Below, piece after piece: positions 62,317 through 64,000 of a stretch of 64,000 bases of DNA. How positions within the stretch are numbered: position 1 is the first letter of the stretch; the number at the start of each line of letters is the position of its first letter. The DNA is from Vitrella brassicaformis CCMP3155. Lineage: Eukaryota; Protista; Chromerida. The stretch lies in assembly GCA_001179505.1 (NCBI GenBank), contig CDMY01000964.1, positions 62,001 to 126,000 on the forward strand, written 5' to 3'. A program made the position numbers and the translations under genes. A model generated the notes under the pieces. The model saw only the letters and a list, made by a program, of their open reading frames with translations. It ran no database searches and was not told where the DNA came from.

Positions 62317-63487
62317 TCAGTCGTATGCCGGTGCGGGTGCGCTCCGGTGTTGGGTGGGCCTGGGCGTCCAGCTGGCGGCCAGGGCGTTCCTCAGGCGCTC
62401 GAAGGCAGTGGTCGTCCGCGCGTGATGCAATGGCAGGGGGGAGGGGGCGGGGCTTGCGGGGCGGGCAGACGACACGGCAGCGGGGGCAGACGGCCGCGGC
62501 CTCTTGTCCAACACACGGTCCAGGCCCCGCTGCTTCCGCTGCTGCTTCCGGATCGCCTGATTGCAGACAGAAGAGAAGCCCACACACATACACACACGTG
62601 ACACATCTGGTTTGTGTTGTGGTGTGGTGTGACCGGCTTGGTTCACATACCGATGAGATGAAGTGGGTGAACAGGATGCCTGCAGGGACGGCGAACCAGG
62701 CCGCCTGACACACCTTGCACTTGATCTCCTCGGGCGAACCCAACGGCTGAGCCAACTTCTTGCTCTGACATGACAATACATCACATCAGCGACAGAACGC
62801 CACACGCACCCGCGGGCACACGCGGACACAGAGCAGATGCGTGGACCGCTCTCTGATCGCCTCCACACGCCCTCCCTTCGTGTCTCACCAGGTATCGCTC
62901 CAACTTGAACCCGTGAATCGCCATCAGTGCGTCCTCTCAACCACACAACACCTGACACACCACCCACAGCACCGGACAAAGGAACGGTCATTGCCCGGCC
63001 TCGGACCTCCCCCCGCCCCTCCCCCTGCCTCCCTCCCGTCCCTCCCTGGCCGCCCTGTGACCTCCGTGCATTCCTTTGCGTCCATTTCCCCTCCCGGCGT
63101 GTGTGGCGCGCTTACCACGTCAGCTTGGCTACGTAGCGGTTAGGCGTGAACAAAACCTTACTCTGCGAGCTTCCCTCGATGTGTGTACTCCTCCTCGACT
63201 TTTCCTTTTCCTTCTCCTTGGGTGCGAGCTTAAAAGAGACGTAGAATCGTAGCTCGCAAATTCTCTTGAGACCACTTTTTCGGACCGTAGGGCCTGTGAC
63301 GGTGCAGCACTTCATTCGGGTAAGCTCAGATCTGACAAATGCCGAAACACCCCCACTGTTGGTGGTGATCTCGCCCTTCTCTCTGTGCGTGCGGTCCGTG
63401 TGGCTGGTCGGTCTGGTGCAGGCTGCCTTCCTTCTCGGTTACATTCGAGTGCTGATCATCTGAGCGCGGGGCTTGCTTCGCGCTCAT
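62317..63487 (-). CDS. Hypothetical multi-exon protein, basic C-terminus
   Basis: Coding-like segments bounded by GT/AG sites: KGEITTNSGG..MKCC..., DALMAIHGFKLERYL, SKKLAQPLGSPEEIKCKVCQAAWFAVPAGILFTHFISS, AIRKQQRKQRGLDRVLDKRPRP...YD*. The exon phases could not be fully reconciled by eye. Confidence 0.35.
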
Positions 63488-64000
63488 CGTTTTTTGACGG
63501 CCGGGTGACTGCTGTGAGATCAGCAGCAGGAGGCGCCGCCCATGTGCTGGTGGGACAGCTACGAGCGTAGCCGCTTCTCGGGGCTGGTGGACCCCAGACG
63601 AGACCCCAGACGACAGGGGGTCTAGCCGCCCCGCCCTACACTCTCTCACTCTCTTACTTCCCTAGCTACTCTCCTGAGGACTCGCTGACTGACTGGCTGA
63701 CTGACTGACTGACTGACTCGGCGTCTGTGAGTGAAGACAGTGACGTGTTGGTGTTTGTCTGTGTACGGCTATTTGTTCCAAACAAACTGGCTGGCTGGCT
63801 GGCTGAGAGGGGCGTGCCTGTGTTGTGAAGACAGTGGCGTGATTGATGGGTGTGATGGGGGTGCTCATCTGTTCGTTTTAAGAGCTCACTCTCTCTCTCT
63901 CTCTGTCTCTCTGTCTGTGTGTGCCACACACTCTCAGCCGCACTCACACTCTCACTCTCGTCACATTTTGCCTCACACACGCGCTGACCATCATCACACA

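Noticed and set aside
1-64000. CRISPR array, rRNA, or transposase/reverse-transcriptase ORFs
   Set aside because: No regularly spaced repeat-spacer units, rRNA-like segments or RT/integrase/DDE motifs were seen; the repeats are microsatellites or gene duplications.

Overview
This is an intron-rich, GC-rich eukaryotic scaffold with seven 300-N placeholder gaps. The short microsatellite-filled introns, plastid-targeted proteins with bipartite leaders and compact head-to-head gene pairs suggest a chromerid alveolate such as Vitrella brassicaformis; this is inferred from sequence style, not a database match. About 16 protein genes can be read by manual exon joining. They are: the 5' part of a giant secreted Ig-like + cysteine-repeat protein, an F-box-like protein, a cytoplasmic dynein intermediate chain followed by two extra diverged copies of its 3' end, a bromodomain+ET protein, a Piwi-type Argonaute, TMEM234, plastid FabZ, a subtilase, an orphan PIP-box/Zn-cluster protein, HisG, a small acylated coiled-coil protein, a plastid-type FGGY ribulose/xylulose kinase, a TMEM65-GAF fusion and several orphans. 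Two tRNA-Lys genes are present (UUU with an intron, and CUU). The most notable observations are: (1) the Piwi keeps its guide-binding pocket but reads E-E-G-E instead of D-E-D-H; (2) the secreted bacterial-type subtilase has an Asp-Glu-Ser triad; (3) the dynein IC 3' region occurs three times with mostly synonymous differences; (4) the TMEM65-GAF fusion; (5) the orphan PCNA-binding candidate; (6) recurrent bidirectional promoters and telomere-like boxes. No CRISPR array, rRNA or recognisable transposon ORF was seen. All exon structures are hand-derived and need RNA-seq confirmation.
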